Source: Nitrososphaerales archaeon
Lineage (GTDB): Archaea; Thermoproteota; Nitrososphaeria; Nitrososphaerales; UBA57
DNA: 64,000 bases
Reading direction: 5' to 3'
Assembly (NCBI GenBank): GCA_047517285.1
Contig: JAKZTE010000001.1
Location: forward strand, 27,498-91,497
The position numbers and the translations under genes were made by a program. The notes below the pieces were generated by a model. It did no database searches and was not told the origin of the DNA. It was given only the letters and a program-made list of their open reading frames with translations. Numbering within the stretch: the stretch's first letter is position 1; each line of letters begins with the position of its first letter. This document shows positions 28,263-37,898 of the stretch, one piece after another.

Positions 28263-28745
28263 CTATTCTTTCCATGCAAGTATTATGTTTATTATTCCAA
28301 ATAAATTACCAAATAAAATTAATCCAATTCCCAGTCCACTTGGTATTGTAGCGAATTCCATCATTACTCCAACTACAAATTCTGACATGCCAGAATAAGA
28401 CGCAGACGATCCTACATAACCTCCCCAATACATGAAAATACAAGCTAACAATGCACCAATTTCTGTCAATATAATTTGCGCATAAAATAAATTTTTCTTT
28501 ATTAATTTGATTTCATATAATTTCCAAAGTAAATAGTACACGAATGTCCATGCAATAAATCCAACTACTGCCGAAAATAGAAATATAAAGTACGCTAAAA
28601 CCATATAGATTCCCGGCCATTCGGTAATTAGTATTGGAAAAGCTAATTGAGGAATTAAAATAGGAAACAAAAATATTATCGCAACAATTGTGTTTAATAC
28701 CGATAATTTCAGAAAATTCTTTATAACAGTTTCAATCCTAATCAT
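28263..28745 (-). CDS. hypothetical integral membrane protein
   Basis: Has 4-5 hydrophobic helices and no recognised motif. Confidence 0.45.
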   Translation of the reverse strand: MIRIETVIKNFLKLSVLNTIVAIIFLFPILIPQLAFPILITEWPGIYMVLAYFIFLFSAVVGFIAWTFVYYLLWKLYEIKLIKKNLFYAQIILTEIGALLACIFMYWGGYVGSSASYSGMSEFVVGVMMEFATIPSGLGIGLILFGNLFGIINIILAWKE

Positions 28746-28746
28746 G

Positions 28747-29058
28747 TTATTTTCTCTCCAAAGACTTTATTCCTGATATTATTAAAATTACCGAATATAT
28801 AGAACCTGTAAGTACTATTATTGATGCAATTCTCTTCCATATTCCTAAATCTTCTCGAAACGTCTGAACCTCTAATTGACTCAATAAAAATAAGAATATG
28901 ACTCCAAATAATATGGTGAAATTTCCCCATAAAACCGACATCTGTAATTCTCTCTTTTTTTCTATAAAAATATAAAATAACAGTCCTAAAAAAAATATTA
29001 ATATTGGCATAATTAAATACGGATTTAGTAAAATTAAAAAATAAATTTGATACAGCAA
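28747..29058 (-). CDS. hypothetical integral membrane protein
   Basis: Has three clear TM helices. I prefer it over the overlapping 28742..29077 frame, whose product is not membrane-like. Confidence 0.4.
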   Translation of the reverse strand: MLYQIYFLILLNPYLIMPILIFFLGLLFYIFIEKKRELQMSVLWGNFTILFGVIFLFLLSQLEVQTFREDLGIWKRIASIIVLTGSIYSVILIISGIKSLERK

Positions 29059-29165
29059 GCACTATACTCAACAACATAATTATATTTGAAAATTAGCTTC
29101 CGGATAATTGTACTAAATCAATGATTAATTTCGTAATATTTAATACAATTTACATTAATTATAAT

Positions 29166-31478
29166 ATGGTAATGTCTGATTCCTATATTCGACCACTTGA
29201 CTCTTTAAATCGTAAAGACGGAGATATCGTAGGTGGAAAAAGCGCTAATCTTGGCGAATTATTGAACGCAGGTCTTCCAGTTCCTGGTGGATTTGCTATA
29301 ACTACTGCGGTTTACAAAGAATTAGTTATAGAAACAGAATCAAAGAACCAGATTCATGATTTATTGAATAATTTGGATATGGATGATTTTGATTCAATAA
29401 ATTCGTGTAGTGCGCAAATTCGTGAATTAATCGAAAAAATTCCTCTTCCTGAAGCTCTAATATCTGAAATTCAATCTTCTTATCGCTCATTAGGAGATGA
29501 TATTGAAGTTGCAGTAAGAAGCAGTGCCACTGCCGAAGATCTCCCATCTGCTAGTTTTGCAGGTCAAATGGATTCTTTTTTGTATATTAAAGGAATTGAA
29601 AATGTTCTAAAGTCAGTTAAAAAATGCATTAGTTCAGTTTTTTCATCTCGTGCAATATCTTATAGACATGAAAAAAACTTTGATCATTTTATTGTTCTTG
29701 CAAGTGTTACTATTCAAAAAATGCTAGATCCTGAATCTGCCGGTGTTATGTTTACACTTAATCCTGTAACTGGTGCAACAAACGAAATATACATAGAAGG
29801 TTCATGGGGAGTTGGCGAAACCATAGTACAAGGTAAAGTTGATCCTGATTCTTTTATTGTTCAAAAACCTGAATTAAATATCTCGTCTCGTACTATTAAC
29901 ACTAAAAAACTTATGACCATTCGTGGAGCAACACAAGGAAAATTCTCAATTGCTGACCGTGCTTCTGCAACAGAAATTGATGTTCCCCTTGATATACAAA
30001 ATAAACCATCAATCGATGACAATACCGTTAAACTTCTATCTGATTATGCAGTTAAAATCGAGAAACATTACAGCAAACCTATGGATATAGAATGGGTTCT
30101 TGAAAAAAATTCACATCAGATCTTTATTGTACAAGCTCGTCCAGAAACTGTTCATTCAAAACCTCAAAATAATAATGAAATTATCTTAAAAGGTATTGGA
30201 GCTTCTTCTGGTGTTAGTTTCGGTCCTGTAAATGTTATTTTAGATATTAAGAACATCGCTAGTTTCATCGACAAACAGGTTCTTGTTACTCAAATGACTA
30301 CTCCTGATTGGACACCAATTATGAAACGCGCTTCTGCAATTATTACTCAATCAGGCGGGGCTACTGCTCATGCTGCTATCGTTTCTAGGGAATTGGGAAT
30401 TCCGTGTATTGTAGGCGCGAAAGATGCAACAAACATATTGAAAACTGGACAAGAAGTTACAGTAGATGGTTCTACTGGATGTATATACGATGGCAAAATT
30501 GAAATCCAAAATAAATCTGAAACTCAATCTTCTTCATTTGAAAGTGAATCTTGGCCTATAACTGCCACCCAAATATATATGAATTTAGGTTCTCCTGACC
30601 TTATTGATAAATATAAAGTTCTTCCATTTGATGGAATAGGTTTAATGCGTCTTGAATTCTTAATTGCAGATAAAATATCTAAACACCCATTAAAAATAAT
30701 TGAGGATAATGAATCAGACAAATTTGTTAACGAACTCTTTAACGGCATAAATAAAGTAGCTAGTACTATCTTTCCACGACCTCTCGTTGTACGTTTTAGC
30801 GATTTCAAATCTAATGAGTATCGTAAACTTGAAGGCGGAGAAAAATACGAACCACATGAAGAAAATCCAATGATTGGCTGGAGAGGTATTTCTAGATATA
30901 TTAGTCCTGATTACCAACCTGCATTTCGTTTAGAATGTAAGGCAATTAAAAAATTAAGGGATGCAGGTATGTCAAATGTTTGGGTGATGTTACCATTTGC
31001 TAGAACAATTCCTGAAGTAAAAGAAACATTGAAGATCATGCAAGAAGAAGGACTAGAACGCAGTGATGATTTTAAAGTATGGTTAATGGCAGAAACTCCT
31101 AGCCTTGTAATTCAAGCAGATGATTTTGCAAAGCTATGCGATGGATTTTCTATCGGCAGTAATGATTTAACCCAGCTTATGTTAGGCGTTGACCGTGATT
31201 CTGAGTTATTACACCGCCTTGGATATTTCAACGAACGCGATCCTGCAGTTCTGAAAGCAATCAAAACTCTCATACGCGCTGCACATGATAACGATATAAC
31301 AATCTCTATCTGCGGACAAGCTCCATCATTATACCCTGATTTTGCTGCTTGGTTAGTAAAAGAAGGAATTGATAGCATTAGTGCAAATCCTGATTCTGTC
31401 ATAAGGACTCGCCGCTCAGTTGCAGGAGCAGAAAGAAAAGAACTTCTTAGACTACGACAAAATTCAAATTCTGAATAA
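29166..31478 (+). CDS. ppsA: phosphoenolpyruvate synthase (pyruvate, water dikinase)
   Basis: VGGKSANLGEL, the phospho-His swivel domain (GGATAHAAIVSRELGIPCIVG) and the C-terminal PEP-utilising TIM barrel (GSNDLTQL, C in ICGQAP). The track start of 29121 adds an implausible Ile/Asn-rich leader; the ATG at 29166 fits the family N-terminus. Confidence 0.92.
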   Translation: MVMSDSYIRPLDSLNRKDGDIVGGKSANLGELLNAGLPVPGGFAITTAVYKELVIETESKNQIHDLLNNLDMDDFDSINSCSAQIRELIEKIPLPEALISEIQSSYRSLGDDIEVAVRSSATAEDLPSASFAGQMDSFLYIKGIENVLKSVKKCISSVFSSRAISYRHEKNFDHFIVLASVTIQKMLDPESAGVMFTLNPVTGATNEIYIEGSWGVGETIVQGKVDPDSFIVQKPELNISSRTINTKKLMTIRGATQGKFSIADRASATEIDVPLDIQNKPSIDDNTVKLLSDYAVKIEKHYSKPMDIEWVLEKNSHQIFIVQARPETVHSKPQNNNEIILKGIGASSGVSFGPVNVILDIKNIASFIDKQVLVTQMTTPDWTPIMKRASAIITQSGGATAHAAIVSRELGIPCIVGAKDATNILKTGQEVTVDGSTGCIYDGKIEIQNKSETQSSSFESESWPITATQIYMNLGSPDLIDKYKVLPFDGIGLMRLEFLIADKISKHPLKIIEDNESDKFVNELFNGINKVASTIFPRPLVVRFSDFKSNEYRKLEGGEKYEPHEENPMIGWRGISRYISPDYQPAFRLECKAIKKLRDAGMSNVWVMLPFARTIPEVKETLKIMQEEGLERSDDFKVWLMAETPSLVIQADDFAKLCDGFSIGSNDLTQLMLGVDRDSELLHRLGYFNERDPAVLKAIKTLIRAAHDNDITISICGQAPSLYPDFAAWLVKEGIDSISANPDSVIRTRRSVAGAERKELLRLRQNSNSE

Positions 31479-31501
31479 ATTACTGATCTTTTAATTTTAT
31501 A

Positions 31502-32578
31502 CTATGCAGGACTTGGTAATCCTTCTATGCCTAATTGTATTTTAACTATAGATGGACCTATTCCTAATGAATTATCTTCATTATCTCCCATTCCTCCTAT
31601 GTCAAAATTAGTTACGTATATTGCTTCACCTGAGAATGCTACACTTGATGGAAATTCTAATGGTCCAGTATTGTCATTTTTAGATACTTCGATAATTCTT
31701 CTTCCACCATCGCCCTCTGGAGTTATTGCCATTATTGCATTCCTTCTATTAACTGCTACCCATAAATTGCCTGCTTTATCAAAAGCAATTCCATCTGCAC
31801 CTAATAACGCTTCATGACTTCTCCATACGGTTACAGATACTATTGCACCATCTTCTTTTCTAGTTTCAACTTTATGAATTACACCATTACCTGTATTTGA
31901 AAAATATAATGTTCCATCATCATCAAATGCAAGTCCATTAATTCCAAACGGAAATGTTGGATCTCTCGATACTAACTGATTTGCAAATTCTCTCTCCATT
32001 TTTGTCTGCATATCAACTTCCCAGAGTACTCCGCTTATACTGTTTGATACAAACATTCTACCAAAGTTGTCAAACGCTATGTCATTTGTAAACCCTAATC
32101 CAGATTTAAATATTTTAGCTTTACCAGGAGAAGCTGCACTTATATCGTCTTTATCTAATTTCCATATCTGTCCACGTCCTCCAGTCGCAACAAAAAGATC
32201 ACCTTCATGATCAAATTTTATACCAAAAAGACCAATTCCTTCGCCATCTGCTTCTACCCTACCAACAACATCCGCTTTCCCAGTTAATGGATCAATTCGT
32301 ATAATATTTCCTGTATTTTCCCCGATGTATAAATTTCCATCTTTATCCGAAGTAATACCTTCAGCAAAATTCGTCATTTCATTTGAATTAGGATCTAAGT
32401 CCAAAAGTAATTGTGGTTTTAATCCTGGTCTTGGATCATAGGATATCTGACGGTCAAATACAAATACTCCTAAAAACATCACTGACAAGCCTAATACTAC
32501 TAAAATAATTAACATATTTTTTTGTTCCATCCTATCTTCCCCCTTACTGATATTTCTTATTAACTTGCTTATAGGCAT
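31502..32578 (-). CDS. SMP-30/gluconolactonase/strictosidine-synthase-like beta-propeller protein, N-terminally membrane anchored
   Basis: One TM segment (LIILVVLGLSVMFLGVFVF) is followed by repeated DG.L(Y/F)V...G motifs typical of six-bladed propellers. Confidence 0.6.
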   Translation of the reverse strand: MPISKLIRNISKGEDRMEQKNMLIILVVLGLSVMFLGVFVFDRQISYDPRPGLKPQLLLDLDPNSNEMTNFAEGITSDKDGNLYIGENTGNIIRIDPLTGKADVVGRVEADGEGIGLFGIKFDHEGDLFVATGGRGQIWKLDKDDISAASPGKAKIFKSGLGFTNDIAFDNFGRMFVSNSISGVLWEVDMQTKMEREFANQLVSRDPTFPFGINGLAFDDDGTLYFSNTGNGVIHKVETRKEDGAIVSVTVWRSHEALLGADGIAFDKAGNLWVAVNRRNAIMAITPEGDGGRRIIEVSKNDNTGPLEFPSSVAFSGEAIYVTNFDIGGMGDNEDNSLGIGPSIVKIQLGIEGLPSPA

Positions 32579-33080
32579 TTTGCCTGAATTAACAATCTTT
32601 AATTTTGAGACTTGCTATATAAATAACATATTGTCTTCTATTGACGAAACCGATCAAAAAATAATCTCCGAATACCTCAAAGATTCACGAATTTCATATA
32701 GAGAGGTTGCTAAACGTTTGCACATAGCTGTTGGAACAGTTCTCACAAGAACAAAAAAACTCGAAAATGAAGGTATAATTAAATCATATTCTGCTATTCT
32801 CAATTATGATAAATTGGGATATGATATAATTGCAATATCTGACATTACAGTGTCCAAAGGAAAACTTACTGAAGTTGAGAATGCAATTGCTAAATTATCT
32901 CCTACGTGCGCTGTTTATGATGTTACAGGAGAAAATGATGTAATTGTTATATCAAAATTTAAAAGCCGAGAAGAAATGAGCGATTTCACTAAGAAACTTT
33001 TGTCTATGTCTAATGTTGAACGAACTAATAGCAAATTAGTACTTAATACAGTTAAAGAAGACTTTCGTTTATCGCCATAA
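32565..33080 (+). CDS. Lrp/AsnC family transcriptional regulator
   Basis: IDETDQKIISEYLKDSRISYREVAKRLHIAVGTVLTRTKKLENEGIIKSY forms the HTH, followed by an RAM/ACT-like C-terminal domain. The true start is probably downstream of 32565, for example the in-frame TTG at 32631. Confidence 0.82.
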   Translation: MLIGILPELTIFNFETCYINNILSSIDETDQKIISEYLKDSRISYREVAKRLHIAVGTVLTRTKKLENEGIIKSYSAILNYDKLGYDIIAISDITVSKGKLTEVENAIAKLSPTCAVYDVTGENDVIVISKFKSREEMSDFTKKLLSMSNVERTNSKLVLNTVKEDFRLSP

Positions 33081-33127
33081 TCGATATACTTAATACCAAT
33101 TTATTCAAACTTTACTATGGGGAGAAA

Positions 33128-33532
33128 ATGAGCGACGAAAAACTAATGAAAGAGTATCGCGGACCATCTAGACAATATCCAACAATAGAACGCAAGTATT
33201 TTATTCGAATATTTGCAGGTTTGATGATTATTCTTCTTGGTGTTGTTGGTCAACAAATAAATGTTGAACTTAGTGAGACAACCGTTTTAGTACCAGGTCC
33301 TGATCCAGGAGCTGGACCTAGTGAAGTATCTTCTGGTATTGACGTAACTCGTACTGGTGGTATGCTTGCAATGCTTGTTGGCTCTGTTATCAATCTGAGA
33401 GCAATAACTACATATCGTGAAGAGTACGGAGAAATAAAAGATACTGAAAAACGCCCTGAGATGTTATTTATTCTTGGTGCATTAATACTAACTATAGCTG
33501 CAATAGGACTGGCAGGCAGTCTTATTATCTAA
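33128..33532 (+). CDS. hypothetical membrane protein
   Basis: Has three hydrophobic segments and no recognised motif. Confidence 0.4.
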   Translation: MSDEKLMKEYRGPSRQYPTIERKYFIRIFAGLMIILLGVVGQQINVELSETTVLVPGPDPGAGPSEVSSGIDVTRTGGMLAMLVGSVINLRAITTYREEYGEIKDTEKRPEMLFILGALILTIAAIGLAGSLII

Positions 33533-33536
33533 TAAA

Positions 33537-34217
33537 TTATTTAATTAACGCTAAAGCCATTTCAGTTAAAACTTCTTTAGGATTATCTGCAGTAACGAAT
33601 GCTCTACTAGCTCCTACCCCTTGCATTCCTAATTCAACAGCTTTCGTAACATCATCTTTTGTTGATATGCCTGATCCAGAAATAACAAATATTTTCTCAT
33701 CAATTTTTTTAATTACATTTATTGCATTGATAACTACTTCAGGATTTACAGTAGAAATCGCTTTTCCGGTCCCAATCAATTCAGGTATCTCCACAATCAT
33801 CATATCTGGATGCTTTTTGGCTATAGATTCTGTCTCTTCAGCGTTACTGGCACATAAACATGATATTAATTCACTCTCTTTACATCGATTAATTGTTAAT
33901 TCTATCTCGTTCAAAGATAATGGCTTCTCTGAATGATTAATTAATGCTCCAAAACATCCAGACTTTTTAATCGATTCTGGAATTATATGACCTGTATTTC
34001 TACCTGGTTTAGTATAATCTACATGCTGTGCAAAAATTGGCATATCATATTTTGTAATTATTGAATTAATGTCCATAAATTGTGGCGAAACAAATATTGT
34101 TATTCCTAATTCATTTGATACATCATTGATAATTTCAGCTAACTGCATTGCCTTTTCTGCAGTAGCTTCTGGATACGTTTTAAAATTAATGAATATTAAA
34201 GGCTCTTTTATTGTCAA
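33537..34217 (-). CDS. tpiA: triosephosphate isomerase (short archaeal type)
   Basis: LIFINFKTY, INHSE (catalytic region) and SGSGIS. The 226-aa length is typical of archaeal TIM. Confidence 0.9.
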   Translation of the reverse strand: MTIKEPLIFINFKTYPEATAEKAMQLAEIINDVSNELGITIFVSPQFMDINSIITKYDMPIFAQHVDYTKPGRNTGHIIPESIKKSGCFGALINHSEKPLSLNEIELTINRCKESELISCLCASNAEETESIAKKHPDMMIVEIPELIGTGKAISTVNPEVVINAINVIKKIDEKIFVISGSGISTKDDVTKAVELGMQGVGASRAFVTADNPKEVLTEMALALIK

Positions 34218-34225
34218 TTACTAAT

Positions 34226-34411
34226 TTAACGTTTTTTCTTATTTAGTAAGGCTACTTGTTTATCAACCCAATCTTGAAATGTATTATCAAGACCAGACGT
34301 TAATGGTTTATTGCTGTTGGCTTTCTTTGCTGCCTTACGCTTTGGGGCTGCCTTCTTAGATGCTGCCTTACGCTTTGGAGCAGCTTTCTTTCCAACTTTC
34401 TTTTTAACCAT
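34226..34411 (-). CDS. small lysine/alanine/proline-rich basic protein with tandem KKAAPKRKAA repeat
   Basis: MVKKKVGKKAAPKRKAASKKAAPKRKAAKKANSNKP... followed by a short acidic/aromatic tail. The repeat is also visible at the DNA level. Confidence 0.5.
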   Translation of the reverse strand: MVKKKVGKKAAPKRKAASKKAAPKRKAAKKANSNKPLTSGLDNTFQDWVDKQVALLNKKKR

Positions 34412-34472
34412 ATTATTTCACTATAACCATTACTTTTCAGTCTTATAACATTGACGTCTTTATTATTATAAA

Positions 34473-34560
34473 TGGACCGGAAGGGAATTGAACCCTCGAC
34501 CTTCCGAGTTCTTGGTTTTTTACATGCAAGTCGGATATTCTACCGCTGAACTACCGGCCC
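34473..34560 (-). tRNA. tRNA-Ala(UGC) with 16-nt canonical intron
   Basis: The reverse complement reads GGGCCGG TA GTTC AGCGGTA GAAT A TCCGA CTTGCA[TGTAAAAAACCAAGAA]C TCGGA AGGTC GAGGG TTCAATT CCCTT CCGGTCC A. The G3:U70 Ala identity pair is present. The CTTG/CAAG helix with bulges CA|T and AA|C forms a BHB motif. The intron lies at 34509..34524. Confidence 0.88.
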
Positions 34561-34598
34561 TATATTCTGTTGAAATCTAATAGTTTTATAAAATATAT

Positions 34599-36230
34599 CT
34601 AATCTATTTCAATGTATATTTCTTCATCTTGTATCTTAACATTATATACTGCTAATTCATCTATCGCAGGTGGATTAAGTGATTTACCTGTTTTTAAGTT
34701 AAATTTTGATAAATGCAATGGACATGTTATATCCTCTCCTACTATGAACCCATCTTCTAAATTAACTTCTTGATGGGTACATTGGCCACCAGTTGCAAAT
34801 ATCTTGTTATTAATATTTGATAAAAGAATGTTTTTGCCATCAATTAACATATTCTTCATTTCACCATTCTGTATTTCCGACAGTTTGCAAAGCTTCTTGA
34901 ACTCACCTTTTACGGCCAATATCTCTTCCCGTTCATCCTGAATTGCTGTCAACGATATTTCATCAAACTTGAACTTTATCATTTCGGCGATTTGTTCTTT
35001 AATTGCTTCTACTTCCATTCTTTTTAATATCGATTCTAAAAATCCTGTAACAATTAACTTTATTGCCGCATTCTTATCTAGTGATCTCGATTGCATATAG
35101 AATAATAGATCTTCGTCAATTGGAGCAACTGCTGCGGAATGTTTTGCCTGAACATTTCTATTATTGATCTCTAATCCAGGAATAATATTTGCTCGTGCTT
35201 TATTTCCAAGCAGTATTGCATGCCCTCCTAAAAATGTGTCTGCGTTATGTGCATGCTTTTCGATTTTATTCATTCCTTTTAGTGTCATCTGCGACTTTCC
35301 AGTTAAAACTCCTTTTACATCTACGCTCCCTTTCGTGCCTTTTGCAGAATGGCAAACACTTGTAACTAAATCGTGTCTTTCTTCCTTTGCCCCAATTACT
35401 AGGTGTAAATCTTGTATTGTTGAATTATCACCTATTAAACTCGAATAACTTCTTGATCTAGATACCTTTCCACCTAAATACCCTACTGCCAATTTCACAG
35501 AGCTTTGTTTCCCGATTTCTGCTCTTTTATTCATAAAAGAAATCATATTATTATCAAATAATTGCATCTCAGTAATTGATAATTTTGCATTATTCGCAAC
35601 AAAAATATCTTTTGAATAACCGAATATTGAATCTATATTTTGTGATTTTATCGAAGAATAATGTTCAATAAATAAATTAAAATCTGAATTGTCTTCTAGT
35701 ATTATCAAATTCTTGTTAAATATTCCGCTGTTTGTATTTTCTTGTCTATTGATATATCTGATAGTATCTAACATCTTCACATCTTTTGGAATATGTACAA
35801 ATAATCCAGTTTGAAATATCGCATCCGCAAGATATTCGAACTTATCACGTATGGGATTTTTCTCTATGTACGACTTGACAATATCTGGATATTTACTTAT
35901 TGCTTCATTGATATCTGTTAATATTGCATCATTACTATTCTCAATATTCTTTTCAACAATTTTATTGTTAACCTGTAAAAAGTTGATATGTCTTCCTCTA
36001 TGTTCTGTTTCCGTCTCTTGATTATTTGCCTCAAAATTAATATCTTCTAAACTCAATTTTGTAAGAAAATCATTATATTTCTTAAATAAAATCGATTGTT
36101 CAAAGGATGATTCCTGGAATTTCTTAAAACTTTTTAACCTATATTCTAACATCCAAGATGGCTCGTTGTTCTTCTTTGAAATTACTTTAACTATATCTGT
36201 GGATATGCTGTCAAAAATATTCTTTCGCAT
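34599..36230 (-). CDS. sufD: Fe-S cluster assembly protein SufD fused to a C-terminal Rieske [2Fe-2S] domain
   Basis: The SufBD-family beta-helix core is followed, in the last ~100 aa, by CTHQEVNLEDGFIVGEDITCPLH (CxH-x16-CxxH, the Rieske signature). Confidence 0.8.
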   Translation of the reverse strand: MRKNIFDSISTDIVKVISKKNNEPSWMLEYRLKSFKKFQESSFEQSILFKKYNDFLTKLSLEDINFEANNQETETEHRGRHINFLQVNNKIVEKNIENSNDAILTDINEAISKYPDIVKSYIEKNPIRDKFEYLADAIFQTGLFVHIPKDVKMLDTIRYINRQENTNSGIFNKNLIILEDNSDFNLFIEHYSSIKSQNIDSIFGYSKDIFVANNAKLSITEMQLFDNNMISFMNKRAEIGKQSSVKLAVGYLGGKVSRSRSYSSLIGDNSTIQDLHLVIGAKEERHDLVTSVCHSAKGTKGSVDVKGVLTGKSQMTLKGMNKIEKHAHNADTFLGGHAILLGNKARANIIPGLEINNRNVQAKHSAAVAPIDEDLLFYMQSRSLDKNAAIKLIVTGFLESILKRMEVEAIKEQIAEMIKFKFDEISLTAIQDEREEILAVKGEFKKLCKLSEIQNGEMKNMLIDGKNILLSNINNKIFATGGQCTHQEVNLEDGFIVGEDITCPLHLSKFNLKTGKSLNPPAIDELAVYNVKIQDEEIYIEID

Positions 36231-36249
36231 AATGAAATCTTTTCTCTTT

Positions 36250-37647
36250 TTAACCTATTGAACCTTCCATTTCTAAGGACATCAATTTGTTTAATTCTAC
36301 TGCATATTCCATTGGTAATTCTTTAAGAAATGGTTCAAAAAATCCTAATACTACGATTCTTGTCGCTTCATCTTCTGTCAATCCTCTGGACATTAAATAA
36401 AATAATTGATCCTCACCAATTTTTCCGACAGTTGCTTCATGCGTAAGTGTGGCATCTTCCTCAATAATCTCATTATATGGATAAGTATCAGAAATAGATT
36501 CATCATCTAATATTAAAGCATCACACCTGACAGTAGATTTCACATTTGTTGCTCCTTCTGCAATATGCAATAAACCTCTATAACTGGATCTTCCTCCATC
36601 CTTTGATATGGATTTTGCAATAATTTTTGACGATGTATTAGGTGCAAGGTGTACTACTTTTCCTCCAGAATCTTGATGTTGATTCTTTCCTGCATAAGCA
36701 CAAGATAATATCTCTGCTTTTGCACCATCTCCTAATAGATATACTGCAGGATATTTCATGGTTATTTTACTACCTATATTTCCATCTATCCATTCTACTG
36801 TTGCATTGTCATATGCATGTGCACGTTTTGTCACCAAATTGTATACGTCACTAGACCAATTTTGTATTGTTGTGTAACGAATCTTTGCACCTTTTTTCGC
36901 TATTAATTCTACTACTGCAGAATGTAAAGACTCAGACGAATAAACTGGAGCCGTACATCCCTCAATATAATGCACAGAACTTCCTTCATCAGCTATAATT
37001 AATGTTCTTTCAAATTGACCTATATTTTCCGCATTTATTCTAAAGTAGGCTTGTAATGGCATGTCCACATGTACACCTTTAGGAATATATACAAAAGAAC
37101 CTCCACTCCATACTGCACTGTTCAATGCTGCAAATTTATTATCTTCTGGAGGAATAATTTTACTAAAATATTCTTTCACAAGGTCTTCATGTTTCTCTAA
37201 ACCTTCATCCATTCCATAAAATATCACTCCTTGTTCTTCCAAATCTTTTCTTAGACTGTGATATACTACATCTGATTCATATTGAGCTCCTACTCCTGCT
37301 AAGAACTTTCTTTCCGCTTCTGGTATTCCTAACTTATCAAATGTATTTTTGATATCTTTTGGAACATCGTCCCAATCCTTTGCTTGTTTCTCAGTTGGCC
37401 TAGCGTAATAGTAAATATTATCGAAGTTAATCTGCGATAAATCTGCTCCCCATTTTGGCATCTCTTTTGAGTAAAATAATTTAAGTGATCTTAACCTGAA
37501 GTCAAGCATCCATTCCGGTTCATTTTTTGTTTCCGAAATCATTCTGACTACGTCTTCAGACAAACCTCTTTCGCCTTTATATACATAATTTTTAGTAGAA
37601 TCTTTAAAATCATACTTGTCATAATCAAATGAGACTTCTTCTGTCAT
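36250..37647 (-). CDS. sufB: Fe-S cluster assembly protein SufB
   Basis: Strong SufB pattern throughout ([37 protein letters not shown]). Confidence 0.93.
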   Translation of the reverse strand: MTEEVSFDYDKYDFKDSTKNYVYKGERGLSEDVVRMISETKNEPEWMLDFRLRSLKLFYSKEMPKWGADLSQINFDNIYYYARPTEKQAKDWDDVPKDIKNTFDKLGIPEAERKFLAGVGAQYESDVVYHSLRKDLEEQGVIFYGMDEGLEKHEDLVKEYFSKIIPPEDNKFAALNSAVWSGGSFVYIPKGVHVDMPLQAYFRINAENIGQFERTLIIADEGSSVHYIEGCTAPVYSSESLHSAVVELIAKKGAKIRYTTIQNWSSDVYNLVTKRAHAYDNATVEWIDGNIGSKITMKYPAVYLLGDGAKAEILSCAYAGKNQHQDSGGKVVHLAPNTSSKIIAKSISKDGGRSSYRGLLHIAEGATNVKSTVRCDALILDDESISDTYPYNEIIEEDATLTHEATVGKIGEDQLFYLMSRGLTEDEATRIVVLGFFEPFLKELPMEYAVELNKLMSLEMEGSIG

Positions 37648-37756
37648 AGTATATGGTTAATTTTGGCATTTATAGATATTACTATTGTTATATATTTCTA
37701 CTAAAATCTGAATATAAATATCATTTAAATAAACGATTGTGAAAGAGAACCCAGTA

Positions 37757-37858
37757 GGGCCATTAGCTCAGCTTGGTTAGAGTATAACACGGCAAAAGCG
37801 TTCGACTGATAATGTTTCAGACATCGAAAGGCCGAGAGTTCAAATCTCCCATGGCCCA
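37757..37858 (+). tRNA. tRNA-Ile(GAU) with two introns (16 nt at about 26/27 and 11 nt canonical)
   Basis: GGGCCAT TA GCTC AGCTTGGTTA GAGT A [TAACACGGCAAAAGCG] TTCGA CTGATA[ATGTTTCAGAC]A TCGAA AGGCC GAGAG TTCAAAT CTCCC ATGGCCC A. The canonical intron has a clean BHB: CTGA/TCAG helix with bulges TA|A and AC|A. The T stem has one A-C mismatch. Confidence 0.8.
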
Positions 37859-37898
37859 CTATTATTATAAATCTCGATATAATAGAACTATGTGATAT

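Noticed and set aside
28742-29077. A 111-aa alternative frame overlapping the 103-aa membrane-protein ORF.
   Set aside because: The 103-aa frame gives three clean TM helices. The 111-aa frame gives an Asn/Phe/Ile-rich sequence with no structure.
37811-37825. A hairpin TAATG-TTTCAGA-CATCG inside the tRNA-Ile gene that would present a UCA (opal suppressor / Sec-like) anticodon.
   Set aside because: The stem has a mismatch, and this fold leaves the rest of the gene unable to form a cloverleaf. The same nucleotides are fully explained as the canonical intron BHB of tRNA-Ile(GAU).
37790-37827. My first intron model for tRNA-Ile: introns at 31/32 and 42/43, with anticodon stem TAACA/TGTTA.
   Set aside because: I replaced it with the model that has a perfect TTCGA/TCGAA stem and a textbook BHB at 37/38. 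Both models give anticodon GAU and a 75-nt product, but the second needs no unprecedented splice positions.
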